Of a stretch of DNA of 64,000 bases, positions 50,353-62,689 are shown piece after piece. Source of the DNA: Leucoraja erinacea. Its lineage: Eukaryota. A program made the translations under genes and the position numbers. Each line of letters begins with the position of its first letter. Position 1 is the first letter of the stretch. The stretch lies in NCBI RefSeq assembly GCF_028641065.1, contig NC_073391.1:24490001-24554000 (forward strand). The letters are read 5' to 3'. The notes beneath the pieces are model-generated. The model did not search any database. It was not told where the DNA came from and was given only the letters and a program-made list of their open reading frames with translations.

Positions 50353-50939
50353 AATATATGCCCACACACACACAATTTCCCTCCTAGGATAAATAAAGTT
50401 ATATCGTATAGTATCGTGTGTGTCGGAAGAACTCGGGACAAAAGGAAAATATGACGTTTTGGGTTTGGTTTGAAAAATGTTCCTGTACACCATTGGAATG
50501 TGGAAGGAAACAAGAGCACCCAGAGAAATCCCATGCGATCAAAGGGAAACGGAGCAAACACCAAGCAGACAGCACCCATATTCAGGATCAATTCCTGGTC
50601 TCTGGCACTTTTAGACAGCAAATTTATGGCCAATGTACTGCTCCATAGTCTTGAACTGAAATAAAACATAAAGTAGCTGTAACGGGGGACATAGCGTGAC
50701 TTAGAGATTTAAGACTGAAAATGGATAGTTTATTTTCCTCACAATAAAGATCTGTGTTCGATCCTATCCTTGGGCACTGTCGGTGTTGAATTTGCATTCT
50801 CCCTAAAAGCTTGTGGATTGCCTCCCACATCCCAAAGACACATTGGCTTTGTAGGTTAACTTGTCTGTAAAATTGCCCCTAATGTGTAGGGAGTGGGTGA
50901 GGAAAGTGGGATAACAGAACTTGTGCGAATGGGTGGTAG

Positions 50940-51362
50940 ACAAAAAGGCTGGAGAAAATCAGCAGGTGAGGCAGATATTCCGAAGGAATAAGTGACGTTT
51001 TGGGTCGAGGCCCTTTTTTCAGACTGATGTTGGGGTGGGGGTAGGAAAAAAGAAAGAAAGTAGGCTGTGGGAGAGCTGGGAATGGGAGGGAAGGAAGGAG
51101 AAAGCAAGGACTACCAGAAATTGGAGAAGCCAATGTTCATACCACTGGGGTGTAAACTACCCAAGCAAAATATAAGGTGCTGTTCCTCCAATTTGCTGGT
51201 GGACCTCACTCGGGCCATGGAGGAGGCCCAGGACAGAAAGGTCGGATTCGGAATGGGAGAGGGGAGTTGAAGTGCTGAGCCACCGGGAGATCAGGTTGGT
51301 TATTGCGAACTGAGTGGGGGTGTTGTGCGAAGGGATCGCAAAGCCTGCGCTTGGTCTCACCG
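50940..51362 (-). mobile_element. Penelope-like GIY-YIG end plus pLTR
   Basis: GETKRRLCDPFAQH...PDLPVAQHFNSP, followed by a hammerhead-like pLTR at ~50991-51026. Confidence 0.8.
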
Positions 51363-51732
51363 AGGTTGATTATATGCTGAATAATCCAACCACATTTTTG
51401 TATGGAAGTGGAAAGAAATAATAGAAATTGCATTCATTGCAACGTAAAAAGAGTTGAGATACTGTATTATCATTTTGCTGCATGTCATTGTGGTATATAT
51501 CATGTCTTGATTGGTGAATATGTTTAGTTTGTGACTTTATTTGAAGCAGAAATAATATGTGAATGCTTCATTGAGCATAATTCCGACTGGTAACTACGCA
51601 CTTCCTCCGAGCACATTATCGCACGGGTCATGAAAGCCGTCTTAAATGACCACCTAAACTGTCATTTGGCAACCTAAAAAGCTGCCTAGGTTGCCCGGCT
51701 GGAAACAGAAAAAAAATTAAGTGAGAGCCCTG
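51363..51732. mobile_element. hAT-like fragment with one terminus
   Basis: Ends ttaagtgagagccctg (a CAGGG terminus on the minus strand). The opposite TIR was not found. Confidence 0.45.
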
Positions 51733-52092
51733 AGGTATATTATTTATTCTGAGCTTCACATGAACAAGAAATTTATTTCCACCCTATATGGCAATAAACT
51801 GATCTGAATCAGAATATGCTTTGTATATTCCTAGCAACCTAGCTGTTGGGTACATAACCTACCAGATGATGGTGCTGTTGAACTTCAGGGCCAAAATATA
51901 AGAGTGACTTCCTCAGAGCATTTCAAAATATTAAGCACAATGATAGAGTGTTAGCTGAACAGGGGTCATACAATTGCTTACTAAACAACAACCACCATGA
52001 ATAACCAAGGTGAACTATTATAACCTTCTTAATGTCAATATCACACTGCAAAAACCGTCTCAATTTCTTGGATCACAGATAAACAAGAGGCA

Positions 52093-53023
52093 TTTATTTG
52101 AAATAACCTAGAAGACAATTACTCCCCAAAAAAATAAATATTTCATAAAGTCAACATAAAGTGTCAAGAATGTGTTACTTTTATTGTGTTTACATCAGGA
52201 AGTGGCAAGGGACAAGGCAATCACTGGTGCATTACATCCGATTGTGTTTATGGAATTCAGCATTTTATACTCACATCAATTGATAATTTTGTCTGCCGTT
52301 GAAAAAATGAAGCAATTATCAAATCAAGTCAATGACAAGAAGAATATTTTGGAAAGATTAACATCTTCAGTTCAAACGATGATGAATACATGCGATTATA
52401 CATGAAGCGTAGGCTGCAATTACAAATCAAACATCCACCATATTCTTTCATTCCAATTCATTGTTACAATAAATGTAACAAAATCAAATATTTTATATTT
52501 ATACTTTTAATACTTGAAATAAAAGTATGTACAATGCTTTAAATATTGTACTGTATATACAAAAATAAAAATAAACATTGGTTTGGTTAGTTAGGAAAAG
52601 AAATCCTGAAATTTTTAATCTTTGCCCATTTATGTTGTCAACAGAATAAGTGCAATATGTGTTAAGTTACTGCATGATCACATCTGCACTTCATATCAGC
52701 ACAGTATACATTAAGGAAGTAAATACTATTAAGCAGGCTGTGATATAGAGTAGCATTCTGTCATTTCTTTTTTTTCTTTAAAACCAGAACAAACTTAATT
52801 TCCATTCAGGAAGTATAGATATACTTGATCACCTTTCTGCATACATGTGGCATTTTGGAAGGGGAAGATTTCTTGGCATTCCAGAGGCATGGTGAAGTGA
52901 TTGGCACTGTTAGACTTTGTTTACAATGAACTCCCAATCTGAGCTATAATGATGATTTCCTGTTTTAGATGTAATCAATAATTCTGAATTAGGGCACCAG
53001 AGCATTTGGGTGACTTTGACATT
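52093..53023 (-). other. HSPA12A: Probable HSPA12A 3' UTR with candidate polyadenylation signals
   Basis: Repeat-free AT-rich sequence after the stop. Minus-strand AATAAA at 52180-52185 and 52093-52098. The true 3' end is unknown. Confidence 0.5.
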
Positions 53024-53661
53024 TTAGTAATTGAGGAAATCGATGCCAGCTTTGACACATTTGGAAGTGGTAATGTCAACAGCCATAGCTTTTACCTCAG
53101 TATCTCCAAACTGCATTAAAGTTTGAATCTCTCTCCGTGTTGGCAGTGATGGACAATCAGTTCCTGTTAGGTCAAGTCGAAGAGTGCCACACTTCTTCAC
53201 ACTGGGATCAGTGATGAAGTTAACATTATCATTTTCTGAGCAGTAAATATTGATCACTATAATCATTTGGGATGGCTTTGCTGGAGTATAACTGCGTTTG
53301 ACAGTCTCTCCAAGTGCCACAGACTGGTCAGCTGTGATGAACTTGTCAAACACGTCAGTACACCAGCGAGTGCCATCTTTAACCAGCAGTTTCTCAGTGG
53401 GGTGCTTGCCTTCCACAAATCGATTGAGCACCCCGACTCCATAGGTCAGTGGTGAACGTCGCACTTTGATTATAGTGGGGTCCAACCCAAAGAGTACTGC
53501 CCCTTTCAGAATAGTGAGCCCCACATCATGAGGAATTATGACACGGCACTTATCGGCAAGGTTGGACTGAATGGCCTGCTGAAGTAAAGGTGACTCAGCG
53601 AATCCACCCACCAAGAACAGGAACTTTAAACCTGACACTTCAGGCTTCTGGAAGAGATTAA
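53024..53661 (-). CDS. HSPA12A: HSPA12A (heat shock 70 kDa protein 12A), last coding exon
   Basis: Acceptor tttttctttccag|TT (phase 1). Encodes [27 protein letters not shown]...[17 protein letters not shown]...GIDFLNY*, with TAA at 53026-53024. The GIDFLNY C-terminus matches my recollection of HSPA12A rather than HSPA12B. Confidence 0.96.
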
Positions 53662-55274
53662 CTGGAAAGAAAAAGCAATGTGTCAGAAATACTTCCTTGT
53701 AAAACACAGTTGAGCTTTATTATGATTTTCTGTATTACATTTTCAGTCAAACATGATTAATAAAATGGTTTCAGCCAAATGGATTTGAAAGGAATGCTTT
53801 TTTATCCGTAATGGAATGGAAGATATTACATATAATTGAATCTCATTTATGCAATGAGAATTTGCTTGGTCTTTGGTGGTTCCATTGCCAGGAGATTAAT
53901 TAGGTCAAAGAATGCTTAGTGAGAAATAAATGAATCCAATGAAACATTAATATATGTGAAGTTACGGAACCAGTCGAACAGACAAATTAATGATCTCTCA
54001 CCAGTTGATGGGAATCTCTGAAAGGAAGATATTAAACATTATAAATTAACACCTCTAAAATACAAGACATGGTTTGACAATGGCTTTATGTCCTGTTGTC
54101 ATATGTACATGATATTGCTTCTTGAAGCTATCTCAGAAATTCTGAGTGAGTGCGATGTACAGTATATCTGGTTATTAAAACATTTTTTATTATGAATACA
54201 TAAATGTGTTAAGATAAATCTCAACCCATAATCATGAGTGAAAATTGTTTCTGGATAAAACCTTGAATGTACAGTATTTTGCCTCGCATCATCATCGCGG
54301 TTTGCAATGGAATGTGGCTGTGTTATATGTGCGTATAAACAGGAAATGCTGTAAGATGCACACAAAGGTCAGTAAACATCTGAAAGACAAAGGTCAGGAT
54401 TGGGCTTTTTCAGAAGGACTTTCTCATCTTTCTTTTCCTGTAGATGTCAGTTGAACATATATCCATGAAGACTCACTCAATCCAAGAATGTATGAAATGT
54501 TGGTTATTGTGTTGATATTTAACAAAAATATGCATTCAGAGAATTGGAGATGAATCTTCTTGGAGAGCCTGTAATGTAATGTGAGCACCGACTCGAGATC
54601 TAAGACCATTTTGTCTTTCTCAAAGGCATTGGAAATGATTCATGAGAAAATTCATTTTGGAAGGAGGAGAGAGGGAAATTTCTTCCAGATTCTTGTCATT
54701 ATTCGAAACATTTTGTCTGTAACCCAGATATACATTTTCTGTGCAGACTGACTTTGCTGTGAAAGACAAATCTGTTTTGTATCATGCTTTGGACATTATT
54801 GCTGCTTTATCCAGAAAGATTCCTGATATAAAATCCCCACATGGGTGATATGATTTATTGACAGTGATAACAGTGGATGTCACATTACAATTGAAATAAA
54901 AATGATATTGGTGATGCATTTTCATGTCACGAAAGTGTTGCACATTAGATAAAAGAACTTTGTTTATGTTCGAGAGTTCATAAATTATATGCATTGGAAA
55001 GCTGTGCACAAAAATCATGAAACATTCTCGACATGTAGAGAAGATAATTAAAATGGCTAATGGAATGCTGACTAAACATGGTACTGGGTTAAAATCTATA
55101 CTCCACCAGTACAAAGTCCTGGCTGGTACATAATTAAAGTACTGTACATATCTCTGGGCAAGACACCATAGAAATGATATATTGGGTCTCGAGAATGATA
55201 TCTGGAGCAACAATAACAGCTGAAACGTTTGAGAGAACTAAATATAGCAAAGGCCACAGGACTAAACAACAAAA

Positions 55275-55421
55275 TAAACTGGATAGGCATATGGATGAGA
55301 AGGGAATGGAGGGTTATGGTTTGAATGCAGGCAGGTGGGACTAAGGGAAAATAATTGTTCGGCACGGACTTGTAGGGCCGAGATGGCCTGTTTCCGTGCT
55401 GTAATTGTTATATGGTTATAT
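55275..55421 (+). mobile_element. CR1 3' tail in an HSPA12A intron
   Basis: Matches 45814-45960. Confidence 0.85.
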
Positions 55422-56401
55422 CTCAGTTGTGGTACTGAAGAGCAGAATTAGCCCAGCTGTTCCAGTAGGTTGCAACACCACTTGACATTGTGGAAAATTG
55501 CACAGGCATGACTCATTCATAAAGGAGCATTCTAACAAATTACTTCAATTAGTGAACTCTCAGCAACGTGTTAGTAGTGTTGTCAAAAAAAGCTCTTCAA
55601 AAACCTCGTCGCCAATGCACATTTTGGGTTTCACTAGGACCACATAGATCAAGGGTCAGCAACCTTGTTCTGCACAGGGACCACGACGCATGTCCGTGAG
55701 TGGATGGCGGGCCACATCTACCACGTGTTCACATAGATCCCGCCCCGGAAGGCAGGCATCAACTCATGTGTTCACGTGGATCCCGCCCCTTCGAGGATGC
55801 CACCCGGAGCACTAGCCCCTAGTTACGGGCGCTTACAAACATGGCGCACCTATGGACCATTACCTTGGCTCTGTCCTGAAGGCGGTGGCTCAAATACTCA
55901 CACTCACTCATCCGCAGCATATTGACAACCCCGATCCTGACAGTGAAGCCCAGACACAGGTGCGCGGCCGTGCTGGCAGCTTTGCGCAGGATGCGGTAGA
56001 GCAAGAGCTCAGCGTTCGGCCCCACTCGGCGGCTCCACAATTACAGCCGCCAGTGCAGGCCTCCTTGCGTCACTGCGTCTGGGTGCCTCGAGCCCGGAGA
56101 TACCGGAGATGAATCTTTTGCAACTCTTCCACAAATGGCAATCAATTACAGGTCAATTGTTAAATTTAAATCTGATCTCTGATTGAATGACTTTTATTAA
56201 CTCATGGGATCGAGGGACATGGGGAAGAGATGAGCATATCAGGTTATATCACAAGCTCTTTGCTTAGCTGAATAGGTTAATGCAGCAAAATAGCCCACAC
56301 GTAATCTTACGTTTGCATGTATTAATGCTCTCTAAACTAACTTTTAATCAAACTTTAATCACATCCAATAACTTTTAGTCCAAAAATAACTTTGTACTTA
56401 C

Positions 56402-56505
56402 GTAGATGTTGGACGATATGGTCAACTGTGGGCTTAAACAATGCGTTCATTGCATCCGGATTCATCCTTAGCATTCCTTGGGATGACCACTTGACAAAAT
56501 TCACA
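56402..56505 (-). CDS. HSPA12A: HSPA12A penultimate coding exon (104 nt)
   Basis: ggcag|T GTG AAT...CAT CTA C|gtaagt. Encodes [34 protein letters not shown]. Phases 2 and 1 fit both neighbouring exons. Confidence 0.95.
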
Positions 56506-56718
56506 CTGCCGGAGTAATTAGAATAGCCTTTGAGAGATTGAATAGTATGAGGTGTAAAGCCTCTTAACCCAGTCACCAATTGCTCTGCCCCACTTCTTTG
56601 CTAACTGGAAGAGAACAATAACACTTAAAAAAAAGACTATGGCAAGGTAAGATGGGTCATCTCACCATGTTGCTATCCCACTGAGTAAGGGTCATTCACG
56701 CTAATGGGTTAAATGGTA

Positions 56719-57330
56719 CAGGTGCACAACCTTTTATCCGGAGTTCCGGAAACCGAAAAGCTCCGAAGACTGGACATTTTTTCCAGGATGTCGTCTGCAC
56801 ACCAAAGCTCGCGTTTGGCGCCAAACCTGACCCGAAACGACCCACGGTCAACCCAGGTCTGTATTACTGTAGCGGCTGCCTCCTCCCCGGAGACCAGGGA
56901 GACACTTAAACATCTGTAAATCATTGCTTAAATGTTAGTCAGTTAGTTTGGACGGCCGCAGCCCCAGCTCCGCGATGTTGGGAGTCGGCGGCCACAGCGC
57001 TCTGGAGCTTACCGCACAGCGACCCGGTAAGGCATTGCCCGCTCCCCGCTGGTATCCCAGCGCTGTGGCCGCCGACTCCCAACATCGCGGAGCTGGGGCT
57101 GCGGGCGTCCGGCCGAGGGCCACGCTGGATTTGGAGCGCTGCGCAGCCAGGGGTAGAGTTGCCGGGGTCGGAGCTACAACCGGCGCCGCCCGCGGCCGGA
57201 CGCCCGCAGCCCCAGCTCCGCGATGTTGGGAGTCGGCGGCCACAGCGCTCCGGAGCTTACTGCACGGTGACCTGGTAAGGCATTGCCCGCTCCCTGCCTC
57301 TCCGACCAGGTAGGGGACTAAGAATTAAAG
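56719..57330. mobile_element. Tc1/pogo-like non-autonomous element, right end missing, in an HSPA12A intron
   Basis: Starts TA|CAGGTGCACAACCTTTTATCCGG with repeated tccgga/tccgaa subterminal motifs. Has a GC-rich internal direct/inverted repeat. Confidence 0.6.
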
Positions 57331-57681
57331 ATTCATAGACCACTTGTATTTGCTTGGCCTGGACATAGACCTCTCCCCTTTTCAAGATGTCAAACCAGGG
57401 AGCCATGAGATCACATCTAATGATGCATGTTTGGGTTGATCAGAAGGGCTAAGGTTAATTGGCCTTCGTAAATTGCCACTAGTGTGCCAGGACTGGATGA
57501 GAAAATAGAACTAGCACGAATGGATGATCGATGGTCAGCATGGGCACGGTGAAGGGCCTGTATCTCTAAAACTAAAACATGAAAGGGAAGACAGATGAAT
57601 GTTAAGATATTTACAAAAACGAGCAAAACAAACCAGTCATACAAATTGAGGTGTAGAGTACTTTTGTAGATTTTCACATAC

Positions 57682-57940
57682 CTGCTTTTTCTCAGGGCAT
57701 GTTCCACACTGTGACCTCGGAATTTCTTATAGTAATCGATGAATGAGAAAGGCAAGTTGATGTTGAGTGGATTGGTTCTTCCTGGAGCAGCAGCTCTTTT
57801 ACGCGACTCGAATGCTATCATCAAATCTACCCATGCTGCTGGGCGCTTGATTTTAAACTGTTCAATGAAATCCTCCCCAAAGATTTTACAGAGAAGCTTT
57901 TCAAATTCATAGTCCACTCCTATGGAGCCATGAGGACCAC
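57682..57940 (-). CDS. HSPA12A: HSPA12A coding exon (259 nt)
   Basis: ttccag|GT GGT CCT...AGC AG|gtatgt. Encodes [49 protein letters not shown]...VEHALRKS. Confidence 0.95.
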
Positions 57941-60229
57941 CTGGAATTGAAAATAGTGTCTTATCAACAATATCAACAACTACTGTCAACGTAAAAGCTC
58001 CAATAATCTGGCATCTTGGTGCCAACAGTGAAGCAAAGCTGGCAGATTTTCTAGCCTATTGGACATTAAACCTGTCAATACCCCAACATATACATTATTC
58101 ACTATTTTTGTGGACAAATCTGTAATAAAGATTCAACAAGTTCATTTAGTATCACGGGACCACTCGGAACAGTACGGGATGAGCATGGGAAATGAGGCCA
58201 CAGTGAGTTTAAAAGGAGTGCAGAAATCAAGGCACATGTGTCCTGAAAGGGAGAGCGGGAAACTATGCCCCAGTGAGTTTAAAGGTTGTCAGGGAAACAG
58301 GGCCTTTGTGTCTTCCAAGGGGCCACAGAAACAACTCCGGTAAATCAGTTGCCAAACCACCAGGATTTTTGCACAATGGGATTGAGGACTATTAAAGTTT
58401 TTCTTGCGGTGGAAACATTAATGTTTTCATGGATGGGGTAAAAATGCTAATGTTTTTTTGGAAATAGATCAATGCTGTTGTACAACCATTTGTTATGATT
58501 TAATGGACCTAGTTCAGGGATTGGTGCTGAGGGAGGCATGATCAGTGTGTGACAGTGCAACGACAATTGTAGTTAGTGGGACACTGCACAAAATCCAGCT
58601 ACCCCCTGATGTCCAACATGTCAGGAAATGTTGTAAAGATTTCAAGCAGAAAGAAAAGACTCAGAAAGGAACTGGGGCAGGGGTTTTTTTTAGAGATACG
58701 GTCTGGAAACCCATCGGATCCACACCAACCAATGATCGCCCGTACATTAGTTCTATCCTGCACATGGAGAGAGGACCACAGTTGGGTGTGAGGTGCTTCA
58801 TCAGGGTATCATTTGGTGTTCAAAACTCAAATTACCCCTTTGTCAAGAAGAGGGATAGTTTAGGGCTTCAGTCAGACGTCATGTCAGGGCTAAAGCTGGA
58901 GGTCAAGGGACAGAGGTCGAGTTAGGACCTTGGTCGGGATCAGTAAATTGGAGCTCAGAGCTAAGGAGTTATCAGCAGTTTGAGAGGAGTTGCAGTAGGA
59001 GCAGTGGTCATGACAAATCAAGGGCAATTAGGGGTTTACAAGGGCAATTTAGATGTTGAGGTTAAAAGTCCATGAACAGCAAATATTTGGGGCCAAGTGA
59101 GGAGGAATCAGGAAGTTGAAAGCCAGGATCTTATGGAGACCAAAGTCAAAGTTGGAGTGAGATTAGTGGGTGGTGATTGTCGGTCCTGTTACAGTAAGAG
59201 ACGCCAAAAAGAGCAGGGAAGTAAGAGAAGCTGAACAAGTGGTGCTCTCAATGATGGAGTGTAACAAATTCCCCCAAATGAATTGCTTTTGCATTTCTTG
59301 GCCATGAAGATTATTTCAGCACTATTTTCTTTTAAAAAATCTCTTAACAATCATTTTACGGCTTTTGAAACCATATAAATACATTTTGAATACTTCCCTG
59401 CAGAATATATGTCTGGTCCTAATACATTTTCTCACTGCTGTGGATTTGAGGATCCCAGTTATGCAAGATAATGTACTCTTTCAAACCATGATATAAAGGT
59501 GCTTTTCAATTGTTGTTTTATTCCCTAACACAGCCAGCTCACATACAACAAATTCTCCAGCAAGTAATATGGCTTGTCACTAATTTATCTAGATAAACCT
59601 ATCCAACAAAACAGAACTTCTGCCTTTCTGAAAATGGGTCAAGGCACTTTCCAAGAACAAGGGATCACAAAGTAGCATTTGGGCATGGGTTTTAATATCA
59701 GACCAAATGTGGACCACATGTTCCTATCGTGCTTTTTGTAATTGATAAATTGAATGCAAACATAGCTGCCATCTTCTTGCTCAAAGTGAGTAGAATGTTC
59801 AGCAATTCCTCTAAAGACCCATCTAGTGTTGTTGGTTGAAGAGTTGGGCTTGGGTGCCAGTGTCAGGTGGGTGTTGATGATAGACAATGAAGGCATGGAG
59901 AATAAAATATACCATCAAGATGTTGCTCAATTCTTGAGACTTTCACTGGCCCCACAAAAATCATCTCTTCAGACATCCCTCTTCCAAATTTGGAAGTGGT
60001 GTGATTTTAAGATGATTGAATAGTGCATTCCACACTTACTTCCACTGCACACCAAGAAGAATTCTAAAATTGTTTCCGGATGGTGACGGAAATATTGGTG
60101 TAAATGGGGTACCATTTTTATAAGCTACCTTATGTTCCTTCTCATTTTCACCCCAATAGCAGTGGCAGATTTTGACAAGTTACATCTTCATATGGTCATT
60201 ATAAGTGAGTTTAATCTTTTTTGTTGAAA

Positions 60230-60670
60230 ATATACTTGCATTTAGATGGACAAGGGCTGATTAGAGGTAGTGAATATGGTTTTGTACGTGGAACATCATA
60301 TCTCACAAATCTTATTGAGTTTTTGAAGATGTGACCAAAAAAGGTTGATGAGGCTGGAGCTGTAGAGGTTGTATATATGGATTTCAGCAAAGCATTTGAC
60401 AAGGTTCTGCATGGTAGGCTGCATTCAATAAAAACCTGTGGGGCGACTTTTGTTTTACACAAAGAGTGGTGGATATACAGAACGAGCTGCCAGAGTAAGT
60501 AGTTAAGGCAACTACTATCAAGATGTTTAAAATACATTCGGACAGGTACATAGGATCCATGTTTAGAGGGATATGAGCCAAACGCAAAGCAGGTGGGTCT
60601 AGTGCAGATGTTGTGTTGTCGATGTGAGCAAGTGGGGCCGAAGGGCCTGTTTCCACACTTTATGACTCTG
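60230..60670 (+). mobile_element. Internally deleted CR1 fragment in an HSPA12A intron
   Basis: VVYMDFSKAFDKVLHG is joined directly to the CR1 3' region and tail gggccgaagggcctgtttcc. Confidence 0.8.
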
Positions 60671-61394
60671 TGACTCAGTTTTTCATCCATATTATACTCA
60701 ATTGGGAAATGTCTTTGAGTCTTCGGGGAACAGTGAAAGATATGTCTTTCTTTGTACCAACAATTCAATACATTCTCTTACAATGCATCAATGACACTCT
60801 TGTCTCATCCTTAACTAATGTATCTGTGAAGCATTTGACAGGTTGTTGCTTCAGAGTCTAGCCCTTCTACATCGAGAAAGCAGGGCACTGTGCAACGATC
60901 ATTCCCTATGGAGCCTCAGCAGTAGCTGCACTTCCCTTATTCAAAGTGCATTGTTTGGCAGGGACTCATCGGATGACACATGAGTAGTGACCTTCTAGTA
61001 CAGGTAAACTGTGTTATTTGTTGTCAAAATTCATCACTCTCACCACTGCTGCCTTCACTGATGTCAGAGTATTTGGTAGAATGCATACACAGAACTCTGG
61101 AAAAAAACACTTTCCACGGATATTCCATCAATGTTACAGCACTGGTGTGGAAGAACGTACTATCAAGTTCACCTCCAAGGATACAAGTTAGCATTAGCCT
61201 GACCTGAAAATGTTGAAAAATGCGAAATGGTGTTACTTATCCACTAAGCATTCATAATAGCCAGGGTACCTCAAGAGCAGGTATATAGGCTCGATTAACA
61301 TTTCCATGTTACACATTATCTGAACAGTTGTACTGTTTCTTTGTAGTAATTAAAATATTATGTAACGTCAGTAGATACAGAAGCACCGCTTTAC

Positions 61395-61499
61395 CTGAAG
61401 CTTTATAGAGTTCTTTCAGGTGTCCTTCAGGTAGTTTAACCTCATGGACAGTGAGATCTACAGTACCCCCTCCACAGTCGACCACAAGATAGCGATCAC
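61395..61499 (-). CDS. HSPA12A: HSPA12A coding exon (105 nt) with Hsp70/actin-fold phosphate-2 motif
   Basis: ttttgttag|GT GAT...TCA G|gtaaag. Encodes [35 protein letters not shown] (DxGGGTxD motif). Confidence 0.95.
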
Positions 61500-62602
61500 C
61501 TAACAAAACAAGCACACTCGTAAAGGACTTCATCATAATATACATTTATCAATGTATGTACCAACATTACCAACATGACATTACCAAATTGTTCAAGTGC
61601 AGACTTGTAAATACATGTTGTAGTTACACATCCATTTACTTCAAGCTAGAGTTTAACACTGACCATCTGCCCTTCAACAAAATTTACTTAACCATTGTTT
61701 TTCAGAACGACCATACAAGCTTGCAATTTTGCATCTTAAATGATTTACAAATTAAATAACTCTTTGCTTGCAATAAGGAATCACCAATTCTGTACTGATC
61801 CCTAGATCACATAAAGGTTTAAATACCTTTAAGCTATATATAATACATTGGTTAGTGACTTCTTGCCAAAATCCTGCCAGCATTTTAAATACATGTTGTA
61901 GTAATACATCCTTTTATTTCAAGCTAATATTTAACACTTGCATTCAAATCTTGGTAAAATAGCTCACACTGAAATCTGCTGTAAACTCGTTTGTTGATAT
62001 ATAATAAAAACACACACACAGACAAAATTCAAGTCCCATTGTATTACCATTCACAGTATGTGGTAATTAACTTAAACATGCCATATTATCTAAATAGTAC
62101 TTTTGCTTTTTTTTCTCATATGCACATCTGGCAGAGGTGATAATCCAGCATGCTTATATTTAGATAAACATCTGTAGCTAACTAAACAGGGTCTATGCAT
62201 TTTATGGAAAATACTGTACAAAATATATTAGGTAAGTAAAATATTACTAAATTACTACATAATATTTATTAATTTTTATGACTGAGATTATATTCTATAG
62301 AAACCACTTTAAACTAATTTCGACAAATTTATTGTGGAAATGTGAACTTCCATAAAGAATTAAATTGTTAAAGATAAATGATAGAGATGCAGTGAGGCAA
62401 GGTGCAAAAGCAGCACAACCGTGTGAAGCCAGTTACACATTGCAGTGAAATAAAAGCAGCCTTTTATCTTTGATCTCTCTTCCTACTGTGATTTGCACAA
62501 TGTATCACGGGAAAAAAAATGCAGTGTTAAACAAAAAAACAGCACTATTGCCAGCGACATGAAAATAGCAGGAGCCAAGAATGGCAGGAAAGAAGACACT
62601 AC

Positions 62603-62689
62603 CTTGCTCCAATTCTGACCAGATTTCTCCTATGACATTTTCCACCAAAAAGGTGCGACTCTGTCGATTACGGCGTGTGTATTCTTTAG
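62603..62689 (-). CDS. HSPA12A: HSPA12A coding exon (87 nt), absent from the ORF track
   Basis: Read by hand: acaactag|CT AAA GAA...GAG CAA G|gtagtg. Encodes (A)KEYTRRNRQSRTFLVENVIGEIWSELEQ, matching the HSPA12A segment that precedes GDxYxVVD. Phase 1-1. Confidence 0.9.

Noticed and set aside
51858-51880. CTCF-like ccagatgatggtgctg
   Set aside because: Three mismatches in the core, too weak.
56935-57313. Overlapping ORFs with the same peptide on both strands
   Set aside because: A consequence of the internal inverted repeat, not a gene.
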